64,000 nt of DNA, taken from assembly GCA_038852105.1 (NCBI GenBank), contig JAWCKK010000003.1:68819-132818 (forward strand), given 5' to 3'. Positions 30,194 to 39,622 of the stretch are shown here, piece by piece. The position numbers were made by a program, and so were the translations under genes. Origin of the DNA: Thermoplasmata archaeon (GTDB lineage: Archaea; Thermoplasmatota; Thermoplasmata; UBA10834; DTMW01). Positions within the stretch are counted from its first letter, which is position 1. Every line of letters starts with the position of its first letter. Below the pieces are notes generated by a model. It saw only the letters and a list, made by a program, of their open reading frames with translations. It searched no databases and had not been told where the DNA came from.

Positions 30194-31044
30194 TACTGTC
30201 CCTCCTGATCCGAATCATTTCCCTCCGGCGACTGATATTGATCCGCATCGCCGGTCTCAGAGCTCCTTTCCTGCTCTATCTCCTGAATGGTCTCCTCCAG
30301 GGCCTCAGGTATTGCATCCTTTGAAACGCAATACTTGTTCCTCAGCGCCTCCTTCTGCATCTCATATATCCTATAGCAGGCATCGGTGGCCATTGATAGG
30401 GCAGTATTGAACTCCTCCACGGAGAGATCCCCGTCCATCTGGAGCAGGACGATTTCCCCCGTCTTTGGCACGATCCCAAGCGGCAGATCCGCTTGGCCAA
30501 AATTGTCTTCTTCCTTCCTGAGATCCAGAACTATCGTGTCCGCCACCTTCCCGGCCGCGCACGAGGCTATCATGTCCTTCATGGGAACGCCGGCATCGGC
30601 AAGCGCAACAGAGGCGGCGGTCAGCCCGGCGCATCTGGTACCCGCGTTCGCCTGGAGCACCTCTATGTAGACATCTATCGAGGTCCTCGGGAAGAAATGC
30701 GTGAACACCACATGTTCGAGGGCCTCCGAGATGATTTTCGAGATTTCTTGTGATCTCCTATCCGGCCCCGGCCTCTTTCTGTCGGAGACGGAAAACGAAG
30801 CCATGTTGTAATTGCACTGGACTATGGCTCTTGCGGGATTCTGCAAGTGTCTCGGATGACACTCCCTGGGGCCATACACCGCAGCGAGAACCTTGTTCTC
30901 CCCCCATTCCACGTATGCAGACCCGTCGGCTCTTTTCAACACGCCTGCCTCAATCTTTAGCGGCCGGAGCTCGTCAGGTCTCCGGCCGTCAATTCGAAGC
31001 CCTCTCTCATCGATTAGCTTAAGATCAGTAGTCATACCGCCCAT
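30193..31044 (-). CDS. rrp41: Exosome subunit Rrp41
   Basis: [33 protein letters not shown]. Confidence 0.96.
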   Translation of the reverse strand: MGGMTTDLKLIDERGLRIDGRRPDELRPLKIEAGVLKRADGSAYVEWGENKVLAAVYGPRECHPRHLQNPARAIVQCNYNMASFSVSDRKRPGPDRRSQEISKIISEALEHVVFTHFFPRTSIDVYIEVLQANAGTRCAGLTAASVALADAGVPMKDMIASCAAGKVADTIVLDLRKEEDNFGQADLPLGIVPKTGEIVLLQMDGDLSVEEFNTALSMATDACYRIYEMQKEALRNKYCVSKDAIPEALEETIQEIEQERSSETGDADQYQSPEGNDSDQEGQ

Positions 31045-31045
31045 A

Positions 31046-31762
31046 TCATCCAGTCCTCCTATTTTTCTTCGAATTTTCCAGAAACGCCTTTAGCCTCTCA
31101 GTCAATCCCAAGCATTGCGCCTCTCGATCTATCGTCCTTATAGCCTTCGCAGCGATCGCTATATCGTCGACGTCACCGTCAAGCCATATCCTCCCATTCT
31201 GCCCCACGATTATCCTGCAGTTGGTGTACTCCTTTATCATCTGTATCATCGAGCCGTTCCTGCCGATGACCCTGGGGACCTTCGAATGCGGTATCTCGAT
31301 TATCTGCCCTCCTTGGAGCTTCCTCAGTCCCCGCTCCTTCATGGTGACCTGGATATGCTTCACCTCATCGACCATGAGCACCTTAGCAAGTATCACGTCG
31401 CCGACCTTGAGATATCTCGCGGTATCTCCGAAATCCACCCGCCATGGGACCTCGGTAATGTGCAACGGCGCAGGATAGGGCGAGTTTATCTCGGTGAGCC
31501 AATTGCTCGGTCCGATATCGATTATCATCCCGATCACTTGGTCTCCGACCTTCGGGATGTACTGACCTGCAAGCGGCACGACGTTCACGAAATTCGACCG
31601 GATGCTCTTTATCCCGAGCTGCGCGGCGAAAATCTTGCCGTTCTCCATGTATGTGCCGCTTCCAGCCTTGAGCTTGCCTTCGGCCAGAAATTCCCCGGGT
31701 AGAACAAGTTCTCTTTCGATTTCTATATTCTGAGAACTCTCAGATTTAATTTCCTCGTTCAT
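31046..31762 (-). CDS. rrp4: Exosome RNA-binding subunit Rrp4
   Basis: YIPKVGD S1 domain, [17 protein letters not shown]. Confidence 0.95.
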   Translation of the reverse strand: MNEEIKSESSQNIEIERELVLPGEFLAEGKLKAGSGTYMENGKIFAAQLGIKSIRSNFVNVVPLAGQYIPKVGDQVIGMIIDIGPSNWLTEINSPYPAPLHITEVPWRVDFGDTARYLKVGDVILAKVLMVDEVKHIQVTMKERGLRKLQGGQIIEIPHSKVPRVIGRNGSMIQMIKEYTNCRIIVGQNGRIWLDGDVDDIAIAAKAIRTIDREAQCLGLTERLKAFLENSKKNRRTG

Positions 31763-31943
31763 TCATCTCATCTTCTGCTCTTGAGCAGACATTATGCGTC
31801 TGCCGAACAGCAGAGCACGAATCTAATGGGCACCTTTGTCTGGAGGCCTGCACATATCAATGCCGCCAGACAACGTTATCAGCACAAAGCTTCGGTGCCG
31901 CTCTTGTTTCGTCCTCGGCTTCGAGTGCAGTTATCAGGAAGGG

Positions 31944-32639
31944 TTATTTTATAATTTTGGTCTGCACGTTTCCTCTGGTCTTGGCGTTCAGTCTGTCCAG
32001 ATACTCCCCTTGCATGCCTGCTGGCATCTCCACAACGCCGATCCAACTCCCGTCCTTCTGCCATTCCTCCTTCAGAAGCTTGCCGAAGTGCATGATATCC
32101 TCATAGCACCTTCCATAATCTTCCCCCGAGAGCTTCGTCGCTATCTTGACATTTTCGAATCTCAACGGCAGAATTGGTCTCAGCGCGTCGACTACATCCT
32201 TGACCTGGACTTCCACGGGCTTGAACGGGTCGACCCTGACCCTTGCCTCCTCCATCGCGGCCTCTATCCTTGCAGGCGGATGAGGCGCCCCTGTCTGGGG
32301 ATTGATTGCATTCCTCGATATGTGTGCGATGATTCCCTTGCGCTTCGACTCCTGCATTATGTGTCTCTGCTCAGTCGTCAGCTGGACCTCGCCCTTGAGG
32401 ACGATGATTTTCGCAACCTCAACAGGGTCCGTCGTTCCGAATATCTCCTTTATCTTTCCCTCGGCAGGATGCGTGCCTTTCTTCGCGTTCTTGAAAATCG
32501 TGTCGATGACAAGATAGTCGAGCAGGTTGATCTCCTTGCCCTCCTTCATCAACTGGACTGCCTTCGGGTCTATTAGAATCTCGAATGTCTCTCCGTGCGA
32601 CTCGTACCTTGCGACTATCGCATCTTCGATGCTGACCAT
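31944..32639 (-). CDS. Ribosome maturation factor SBDS/Sdo1
   Basis: [31 protein letters not shown]. Confidence 0.95.
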   Translation of the reverse strand: MVSIEDAIVARYESHGETFEILIDPKAVQLMKEGKEINLLDYLVIDTIFKNAKKGTHPAEGKIKEIFGTTDPVEVAKIIVLKGEVQLTTEQRHIMQESKRKGIIAHISRNAINPQTGAPHPPARIEAAMEEARVRVDPFKPVEVQVKDVVDALRPILPLRFENVKIATKLSGEDYGRCYEDIMHFGKLLKEEWQKDGSWIGVVEMPAGMQGEYLDRLNAKTRGNVQTKIIK

Positions 32640-32666
32640 GCCGATCCACAGCTGTCAGTCGTTCAA

Positions 32667-33383
32667 TCAGCCGAGTTTCGAGACGAATTTCTCGACTTCC
32701 GAGTCCTCGAGTCTCCGGAAACTCTCGCCTACCTTTATCAGGCCGATTTCGATGGCTTTCGTGCTCAGGGCGGCCTCCTCCGTGGCCTTCTTGAGCGCTT
32801 TGAGGCCGAGCATGATCGCCTCATCCATCGGCAGGTTCTCCTGGTATTCCTCCTCGAACAGGTCCATGACGGCGTTTCTTCCGGCTCCGATGCTTCCTGC
32901 CTTGTATGATACAAGGGCTCCGCTCGGATCCGTCTCGAAAAGATGACATCCCTGGTTATCCACGCCCGCCACGAGAAGCGCCGTGCCAAAAGGTCTTACG
33001 CCGCCATACTGCGTGTAGTTCTGCTTAAAGTCGCAGATCCTCTTCACGAGGGTCTCGATATTGATCTTCTCTGCATATGTGACCTTGTTTATCTGCGCGA
33101 CCACCCGCGCGTAATCCACAAGCACCCTCGCATCGGAAACCAGACCTGAGGTAGCGCATCCGATGTGCTCGTCTATCTGGAATATTTTCTCAATCGATTT
33201 GGATTCGATCAATCTGCTTGCTATCCTCTTATCAACTATGAGCGCGACCCCGTCCTTGAACTTCAATCCGACCGTCGTTGTGCCTCTCTTGACAGCTTCT
33301 CGAGCGTACTCCACCTGGAACAGTCTCCCATCGGGTGAGAACACCGTTATCGCGCGGTCGTAAGCCATTTGTCCTGGTTGCAT
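32667..33383 (-). CDS. psmA: Proteasome subunit alpha
   Basis: YDRAITVFSPDGRLFQVEYA, GVRPFG, TDPSG. Confidence 0.97.
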   Translation of the reverse strand: MQPGQMAYDRAITVFSPDGRLFQVEYAREAVKRGTTTVGLKFKDGVALIVDKRIASRLIESKSIEKIFQIDEHIGCATSGLVSDARVLVDYARVVAQINKVTYAEKINIETLVKRICDFKQNYTQYGGVRPFGTALLVAGVDNQGCHLFETDPSGALVSYKAGSIGAGRNAVMDLFEEEYQENLPMDEAIMLGLKALKKATEEAALSTKAIEIGLIKVGESFRRLEDSEVEKFVSKLG

Positions 33384-33500
33384 GCGTTCACCTCAGAATA
33401 ATCCGAAAGACTCTTCTCGAGGCTCCCTAAAGCTCCTATCCTGATAAATATATTGTTGTAGCTTCGAAATATTGTCGCTATCAGTCATGGGGCCGGCCTA

Positions 33501-33821
33501 TCAGGAGAGGTCCTGGCCTCTGAAGAACTTCTGCTTCAGCGTGAGGATGGTGCCCGAAGTCCCCAAAGTCCGGATTTCGAACCCGTAGTCGTCGGATGTG
33601 AAAGAATTGAGAAGTTCCCGCAAGTCTCTCGCTTCGCGGTTGGATGTCAGTATTATTCCCTTGCCATCACGGATGAATATTATCTCGAACCGCAAATTCT
33701 TCCCCGCTCGGGCAAGCCTATCGGCTATCGCATTTGCGAGAATCCTTCTTCCGACGACGTCGCCTCCTTTCTCGAATCTGAATGCGATGTAACGCTTCCT
33801 GCTAAATCTTCGTTCGACCAT
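33501..33821 (-). CDS. rnp2: RNase P protein Pop5/Rpp14
   Basis: RKRYIAF, TLGTSGTI; upstream of psmA. Confidence 0.8.
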   Translation of the reverse strand: MVERRFSRKRYIAFRFEKGGDVVGRRILANAIADRLARAGKNLRFEIIFIRDGKGIILTSNREARDLRELLNSFTSDDYGFEIRTLGTSGTILTLKQKFFRGQDLS

Positions 33822-33828
33822 GGGAAGG

Positions 33829-34944
33829 CTACCTTATGGCATCGATCAGACCTGGTCCACTCAAGTCTTCCTGGCGGAACAGCTGATTGTTTTCGATTCC
33901 CGTCAAGACCACCATCACCCTTATCAGACCCTTCATGGTCGGATCGACGTTGCATCCCCAAATCAGGCGTGCTCTCGGACTGATAGACGCAGAGACCAGC
34001 TCGGCCGCCTTCTCGGCTTCCTGGACCGTCATGTCCTCCCCGCCAGTGACCCTGATGAGCGCTCCTTTGGCTGTCGAAAGGTCGACGTCTCCCAGTAACG
34101 GGCTGTCGAGAGCTCTTTGAACGGCTTTCTCTATCCTCTCGGAGCCCTCGTCTTTGGAGGTTCCTTCTCCCATGCCGATCAATGCCATTCCTGCATCCTT
34201 CATCACGGTGAGAACATCGTTGAAATCGATGTTTACAAGACCGGGCTTTGTGATTGTCTCCGTGAGCCCCTTTATCGATTCCATGAGCACCTCGTCCGCC
34301 ACCCTGAAGGCCGCGTTCAGGGGCAGCTTCGGGACGAGTTCCAGCAGTCGGTCATTAAAGATGACGGCAACAGTGTCGCAATTCTGCCTGAGCTTCTCGA
34401 GCCCTCTCCTGGCGTTCTCCATCCGGACCCTTCCCTCGGCCTTGAACGGCATCGTTACGACTCCAAGCGTGAGCGCATTGTTCTTCCGTGCGAGCTTTGC
34501 GACGAACGGAGCAGCTCCCGTTCCGGTCCCGCCACCGAGACCAGCGGTGACGAAAACTATCTTTGAGTGCTCTATTAGGTGCGCGAGCTCGTCCTGGTTT
34601 TCCTGCGCTGCCTTCTCGCCCATCTCCGGTATTGAGCCCGCACCGAGCCCCCTGGTAGTCATCCTTCCAAGAAGTATCTTGTGAGAGGCATGAACCCCGA
34701 TCAGATGCCTTGCGTCTGTGTTTGCCGCTATGAGATCAGCTCCGAAGACGCCCGCCTTGCTCAGGCGATTGATCGTGTTCGAGCCTCCTCCTCCGCACCC
34801 GATAATTGAGATCCTGACATGGATTGCTTCCACAATCCGCCTGAGTTCCTCATCCTCGGATAACGGCCGGGTTTCCTGCTGCTGGCCCGCGGCCTGCTGT
34901 GCGCTCCCCTGGTTGCTCAAAGCCTCGTCGATCAGAGATTTCAT
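33829..34944 (-). CDS. ftsZ: Cell division protein FtsZ (FtsZ1-like), copy A
   Basis: GCGGGGSNT, NTDA, GLGGGTGTG, KPGLVNIDFND. Confidence 0.95.
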   Translation of the reverse strand: MKSLIDEALSNQGSAQQAAGQQQETRPLSEDEELRRIVEAIHVRISIIGCGGGGSNTINRLSKAGVFGADLIAANTDARHLIGVHASHKILLGRMTTRGLGAGSIPEMGEKAAQENQDELAHLIEHSKIVFVTAGLGGGTGTGAAPFVAKLARKNNALTLGVVTMPFKAEGRVRMENARRGLEKLRQNCDTVAVIFNDRLLELVPKLPLNAAFRVADEVLMESIKGLTETITKPGLVNIDFNDVLTVMKDAGMALIGMGEGTSKDEGSERIEKAVQRALDSPLLGDVDLSTAKGALIRVTGGEDMTVQEAEKAAELVSASISPRARLIWGCNVDPTMKGLIRVMVVLTGIENNQLFRQEDLSGPGLIDAIR

Positions 34945-35197
34945 TCTATCCCATCCAGACAAATCGAATATCGTATTCCATATCGCCATCTTTGATATTT
35001 TAATATGACTGGGTTTCCCGCTAGCAAGAGCATCCTGTCGTTTCCGCCGAGCCGACGGATTTATTCGAGATGAAATCGGGGTATCGGGCGAAGCCCGATC
35101 CGGGCGAAAAAAGCGACATTCTGGCAAGAGATTTATCATCAGTAACGTTTATATTTATGTTACACGATTAGTAACTTCAGACGAAGGGGTGCACTCT

Positions 35198-36403
35198 ATG
35201 CCGAAGTCGTTAGTCAAGGATGCATTAGGCAATGATGTTGAGAATTTGAGTACCGAGCAGGGAAGCGGCGGTGTCGCGCAAGCTCCCATAAATGAAGGAT
35301 CGCCCGACGATGCCGAGCTGGCGAAAATCGCGGCTCAACTGGATGTTTCGATTAAGATTGTCGGATGCGGCGGTGGCGGGTCGAACACTATAAACCGAAT
35401 TGTAGAAACAGGTATCTCGGGAGCACAGCTGTGCGCCATAAACACGGATGCCAAGCATCTGCTGTCGGTTCACGCTCCACGGAAGATACTCATCGGACGC
35501 ACCGTGACGAAAGGCCTCGGTGCCGGTGCCCTGCCAGAAATGGGAGAGGCCGCTGCCAGGGAGAACGAGAACGACATCAAGGATTTCATAAAAGGAGCTA
35601 ACATAGTATTTGTCACAGCAGGCATGGGAGGTGGCACCGGGACAGGCTCCGCTCACTATGTCGCCAGGATGGCTAAGGAAAGCCAGGCGCTCGTGCTCGG
35701 GGTTGTCACCCTTCCGTTCAAGGCCGAGGGCGAAATACGGATGGAGAACGCTCTCGAAGGGCTAGAAAGGCTGAGAAGAGTCTGCGATACGACAATCGTT
35801 ATTCCGAACGACAAGCTGCTAGAGCTTGTGCCGAAGCTGCCCATCGATGCGGCTTTCAAGGTTGCCGACGAGGTTCTGATGCAGACGATCAAGGGCCTGA
35901 CCGAGATAATCACCAAGCCCGGGCTGGTCAACCTCGACTACAGCGATATTAGGACTGTCATGAACGAGGGCGGAGTCGCATTCGTCGGCATCGGAGAGGC
36001 CGACGACGAGGACCCGAAGGAGAGAGTCGAGACTGCGGTCAACGAAGCCCTCAATTCTCCGTTGCTGGGAGAGATAGATCTGGCAGAGGCAAAGGGCGCG
36101 CTCATCAGAGTGGTTGGCGGGCCTGATATGACTGTCAGCCAGGCTGAAAGGGCGGCCGAGGTCGTCGGCAGCAGGATATCGAGAAGGGCCAGGCTGATTT
36201 GGGGATGCTCGATCGAGAAGGAGCTCGAAGGACAGATACGCGTTCTGCTCATCGTCACCGGAGCGAGGTCGGGCCTGATGATGACCAGATCGAGTCAGCC
36301 AGTGGCATCGGTTGCGGCACCTGCGCCGAGGAAGGGCGCGACCGCTGGCGCAGCGAGGGATAATTCCTTTATCCGCGGCCCGGATATTGATTTCATAAAC
36401 TAG
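35198..36403 (+). CDS. ftsZ: Cell division protein FtsZ (FtsZ1-like), copy B
   Basis: GCGGGGSNT, NTDA, GMGGGTGTG, KPGLVNLDYSD, C-terminal IDF. Confidence 0.95.
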   Translation: MPKSLVKDALGNDVENLSTEQGSGGVAQAPINEGSPDDAELAKIAAQLDVSIKIVGCGGGGSNTINRIVETGISGAQLCAINTDAKHLLSVHAPRKILIGRTVTKGLGAGALPEMGEAAARENENDIKDFIKGANIVFVTAGMGGGTGTGSAHYVARMAKESQALVLGVVTLPFKAEGEIRMENALEGLERLRRVCDTTIVIPNDKLLELVPKLPIDAAFKVADEVLMQTIKGLTEIITKPGLVNLDYSDIRTVMNEGGVAFVGIGEADDEDPKERVETAVNEALNSPLLGEIDLAEAKGALIRVVGGPDMTVSQAERAAEVVGSRISRRARLIWGCSIEKELEGQIRVLLIVTGARSGLMMTRSSQPVASVAAPAPRKGATAGAARDNSFIRGPDIDFIN

Positions 36404-36410
36404 GAAAACA

Positions 36411-36440
36411 GAAGGAAGGAGCGATTCGTCTTCTTCCTTC
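36411..36440. terminator. Hairpin between convergent genes
   Basis: GAAGGAAG...CTTCCTTC inverted repeat just after the ftsZ stop. Confidence 0.4.
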
Positions 36441-36464
36441 CCAAATGCTTTCTTGTCTTCTGAT

Positions 36465-37469
36465 TCATTTATGCATGCTGACGAAGCTGTTCTTCTCGAA
36501 TTGGATTCCACATGTCCTGCAGAAATTGTCCTCCAGATCTACGATTGCTCCGCATTCGGGGCATTCTATCCTCTCAATCATATCTTGGAATATCGCCCCG
36601 CAATCGCATTCGAAATCCGATGGGCTGACCTCCTTTCCGCACGAGGGACAGACCAGCAATTCTATGATTCTCAGACGACCGCAATTCGGGCAGCTCCTGT
36701 CGTTCGGGGAGACAGGATGACCGCATTCTGAGCAGATAGATTCCCCAGGGTCAAGCAGCAACGCGCCGCATGAGCATATCCTCTCGCTCGAGGACACTAT
36801 TCTGCCGCACGAGGAGCACTGGAACAGCTCTTCCTTGAATTCATCTGAAAGTACCACGCCGCACTTCCTGCAAAACCTATCGCCTTCGTCGAGCTCAGAG
36901 CCGCACTCAGGACATCTTTGTCCTTCGTTGCTGCAGGTGCAGCGCTCGTTCTCATAGAGTCTATTTCCGCAAACGGCACAGAAGACAGGCTCAGGAAGGT
37001 CATTGATGGCCTCGTTCTTAAGAGTCTGATAGGTCTCTTCGTCGATTTCTCCAACAAGGAATTTGTCCTCCAATAGAAACAATCTGTCTTCTCTTGATAG
37101 TGGCATCGTCCTTATAGGCTGGAATTCCTCGATACGGTCCGCGGTCTCGTCCGAAGGGATTCTGGCATCTATGGCCGTGCCGCATCCGGGACAGATGCCC
37201 ACACGCGCCGCGCAACTATAATGGAAATTGCTACCGCATTTGCAATCGATGCTCTTCAGATCTTTCTTTATCACTCCCATACAGATGAGACATTTCTTCG
37301 CGCCGTCTATCCTTGCTATTACAGATATCTTCCGCTGATGCACTCTTTGGACGGCGGTCTTGCGCTGGCGTGACCGAGCTCGCGCTGAGAGAACAGAGCT
37401 CATGAGAGCCAAAGAGCCAATCCAAACGACGACAGCGACCGCGCCGAGAGCGATGGTTGCGGCATCCAT
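36465..37469 (-). CDS. Membrane-anchored protein with RING/PHD-like, SHOCT-like and multiple zinc-ribbon motifs
   Basis: N-terminal TM; C-x2-C-x12-C-x-C-x4-H-x2-C-x6-C-x2-C; LEDKFLVGEIDEETY; many CPxCG/CxCG repeats. Confidence 0.8.
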   Translation of the reverse strand: MDAATIALGAVAVVVWIGSLALMSSVLSARARSRQRKTAVQRVHQRKISVIARIDGAKKCLICMGVIKKDLKSIDCKCGSNFHYSCAARVGICPGCGTAIDARIPSDETADRIEEFQPIRTMPLSREDRLFLLEDKFLVGEIDEETYQTLKNEAINDLPEPVFCAVCGNRLYENERCTCSNEGQRCPECGSELDEGDRFCRKCGVVLSDEFKEELFQCSSCGRIVSSSERICSCGALLLDPGESICSECGHPVSPNDRSCPNCGRLRIIELLVCPSCGKEVSPSDFECDCGAIFQDMIERIECPECGAIVDLEDNFCRTCGIQFEKNSFVSMHK

Positions 37470-37577
37470 GCATCAGGCCGCAACGGCTTGACGGGTATTT
37501 TACCATTCGTGAGAGCTATTTGGCTCTTATGATTTCGAATAGTAAGAAATATATCCTCAATCGATTCCGCCAATCGT

Positions 37578-38105
37578 ATGCCTGAGGATGCGCTGCTGAT
37601 TGTGGCAAAGCTCATGGAACTTTCTGCAAGAACCGCGCCGAAGGCGGTCGGGCAGGATTATATCGAAGTCAGGGTTCTCGCGGGAAAAGACAAGGATGCT
37701 ATCGGAGCCGAGATGATCAAGATAGGCGAGGCGAGCGGTTCATCGGGCTTCACACGGGACGGAAAGAACGTGCTCGACTCGGAGGTTCTGGTCCTCATCG
37801 GATTGCTCAAGCACCCTGGTCTGGGAACGAACTGCAAGGCCTGCGGCTACGAGTCCTGTGAGGCATTCAACCGGGCGAGTGTTGAGGGCAAGTTCCACGG
37901 CCCGAACTGTGTGCACCGCGTTGCGGATCTCGGAATAGCGGTCGGTTCCGCAGTCAAGACAGCGTCGATGCATAATGTCGACAACAGGGTGATGTATCGG
38001 GCTGGGAACGCGGCGAGGGCGCTGGGAGCTATGAAATCGAATATCGTTTACGGTATTCCACTCTCGGCGACTGGCAAGAATATATTCTTCGACAGAAAGC
38101 AGTAG
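37578..38105 (+). CDS. DUF2148 / ferredoxin-like Fe-S domain protein
   Basis: ARTAPK, NCKACGYESC, DLGIAVGSA, VDNRVMY, GKNIFFDR. Confidence 0.85.
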   Translation: MPEDALLIVAKLMELSARTAPKAVGQDYIEVRVLAGKDKDAIGAEMIKIGEASGSSGFTRDGKNVLDSEVLVLIGLLKHPGLGTNCKACGYESCEAFNRASVEGKFHGPNCVHRVADLGIAVGSAVKTASMHNVDNRVMYRAGNAARALGAMKSNIVYGIPLSATGKNIFFDRKQ

Positions 38106-38108
38106 TAA

Positions 38109-38870
38109 TTATTTCCTCGCCTCTATCATAATATCAGAGACGCGTCCGAGGTAGATTCCATCCAGCGTATATGCCCTTTGTTCTCCCAGGACAATAGCTC
38201 TTGAGCGGAGCAATGGGCTGACGTTGTAATCATCCTCCTCGTTCACGGCCGTCCCGACCAGCAGCGGATTGTATGCCGGCATGACTATAGCCTCAGAAAC
38301 GCCGACGTCTCCATATCTTTTCTTCAACGGCCTTTTATGAACCGGTCCTCTGAGCCAGCACTTTATTGAATTCCTGGACCCGAGTCTGTCCTTGAGCCTC
38401 AAAGACGGGTGTACGTGTCCTATGACAAGAGTCTTCGATTTCACGACTTCATCCGAAGGCCAAACATGCCCGTGCGAGAATCCAATGGTCGAAATGACTA
38501 GCCCCTTCGATGGGAGGATTTCAACTTCCCTCGGCAGGCTCTCTCTCAGAGCTCCGTCATGGTTCCCCGTTACGACCGTGATTGATGTGTATCTTTCCAT
38601 CAGGGTTTTGAAAAATCTCGACAATCTTGAAAACTCGAATCTTGTCGCGTAAGGGATGGTGTGCTTGACATCTCCCAGAATAAGAAGCCGGTCGCCTTCC
38701 GGGATCCTAACTATCGATTCGGCTATTTTCGCCGTCTGATCCGGAATATTGAACCCGCTATCTCTCAGTTCGAGTTCGAATCCGAGATGAATATCCGCGA
38801 TGCATACCGTCTTCTCCTTGGAATCGAGAAGCAATGCCGGTGACCCTTGAATGGGCCGGATCTCAGCCAT
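38109..38870 (-). CDS. Metallophosphoesterase (calcineurin-like)
   Basis: ADIHLG, LGDVKH, GNHD, HGH, GHVHP. Confidence 0.88.
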   Translation of the reverse strand: MAEIRPIQGSPALLLDSKEKTVCIADIHLGFELELRDSGFNIPDQTAKIAESIVRIPEGDRLLILGDVKHTIPYATRFEFSRLSRFFKTLMERYTSITVVTGNHDGALRESLPREVEILPSKGLVISTIGFSHGHVWPSDEVVKSKTLVIGHVHPSLRLKDRLGSRNSIKCWLRGPVHKRPLKKRYGDVGVSEAIVMPAYNPLLVGTAVNEEDDYNVSPLLRSRAIVLGEQRAYTLDGIYLGRVSDIMIEARK

Positions 38871-38914
38871 ATCTATGCATCGCGCTATTTGTGTATATTA
38901 TGTTACACTCATAA

Positions 38915-39592
38915 TCATATACCCAGTGAGAGCCTAGCTGCCAAGAAATTCGGCAACCCCGCATCTAATATCTTTCTTTGAATCTTCTGTATATCATATT
39001 TCACGCGACGAAATTCTACTCCGAGATTGGCAGGACTGAGCACCGCATATGATGCGTCCGGATTGCCGTCGCGCGGCTGTCCTACTCCTCCCGGGTTGAG
39101 AAACATCCTTCCTTCATAGGTTACCAGCATTGGGACGTGAGTGTGGCCGCAGATCAAGACATCTTTGTTATATTCTCGAAGCAATTCTCGTGCTCGGCTT
39201 TCTTCAGTCACATATTCTTTCGCGTTTCCTGGGGCTCCGTGATATATTCCAATCTTCCTGCCCTCTATCTCCAATTCCAGCTCAGGATTCAATCCAGAAA
39301 GGTACGAAATGTATTCGTCATTAAGGATCGATCTAGTCCATTCCGCGGCAAATGCCGCCAGGTTATTCATCCAGGCATAGTCTCTTTCTACGACGGAGTC
39401 GTCGTGGTTCCCCCTGATGACTATCGCATTGGAGCTCCTCACAATATCGATGACCTCTTTCGGCTCAGGACCGTAACCTACTAAATCGCCAGCTATCACG
39501 GTTCTGTCCGCTCCGATTCTGGATATGTCTTCCAGAACCGCTTTCAATGCGACCGCGTTTCCGTGAGGGTCCGCAAGAACCGCAATCTTCAG
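38915..39592 (-). CDS. Metallophosphoesterase (YfcE/MJ0936-like), probable CTG start
   Basis: KIAVLADPHGN, GDLVGYG, RGNHD, GHTH, NPGGVGQPRDG. Confidence 0.88.
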   Translation of the reverse strand: MKIAVLADPHGNAVALKAVLEDISRIGADRTVIAGDLVGYGPEPKEVIDIVRSSNAIVIRGNHDDSVVERDYAWMNNLAAFAAEWTRSILNDEYISYLSGLNPELELEIEGRKIGIYHGAPGNAKEYVTEESRARELLREYNKDVLICGHTHVPMLVTYEGRMFLNPGGVGQPRDGNPDASYAVLSPANLGVEFRRVKYDIQKIQRKILDAGLPNFLAARLSLGI

Positions 39593-39622
39593 AACGAAGC
39601 CTCCGATCGAATAACGTCGTGC

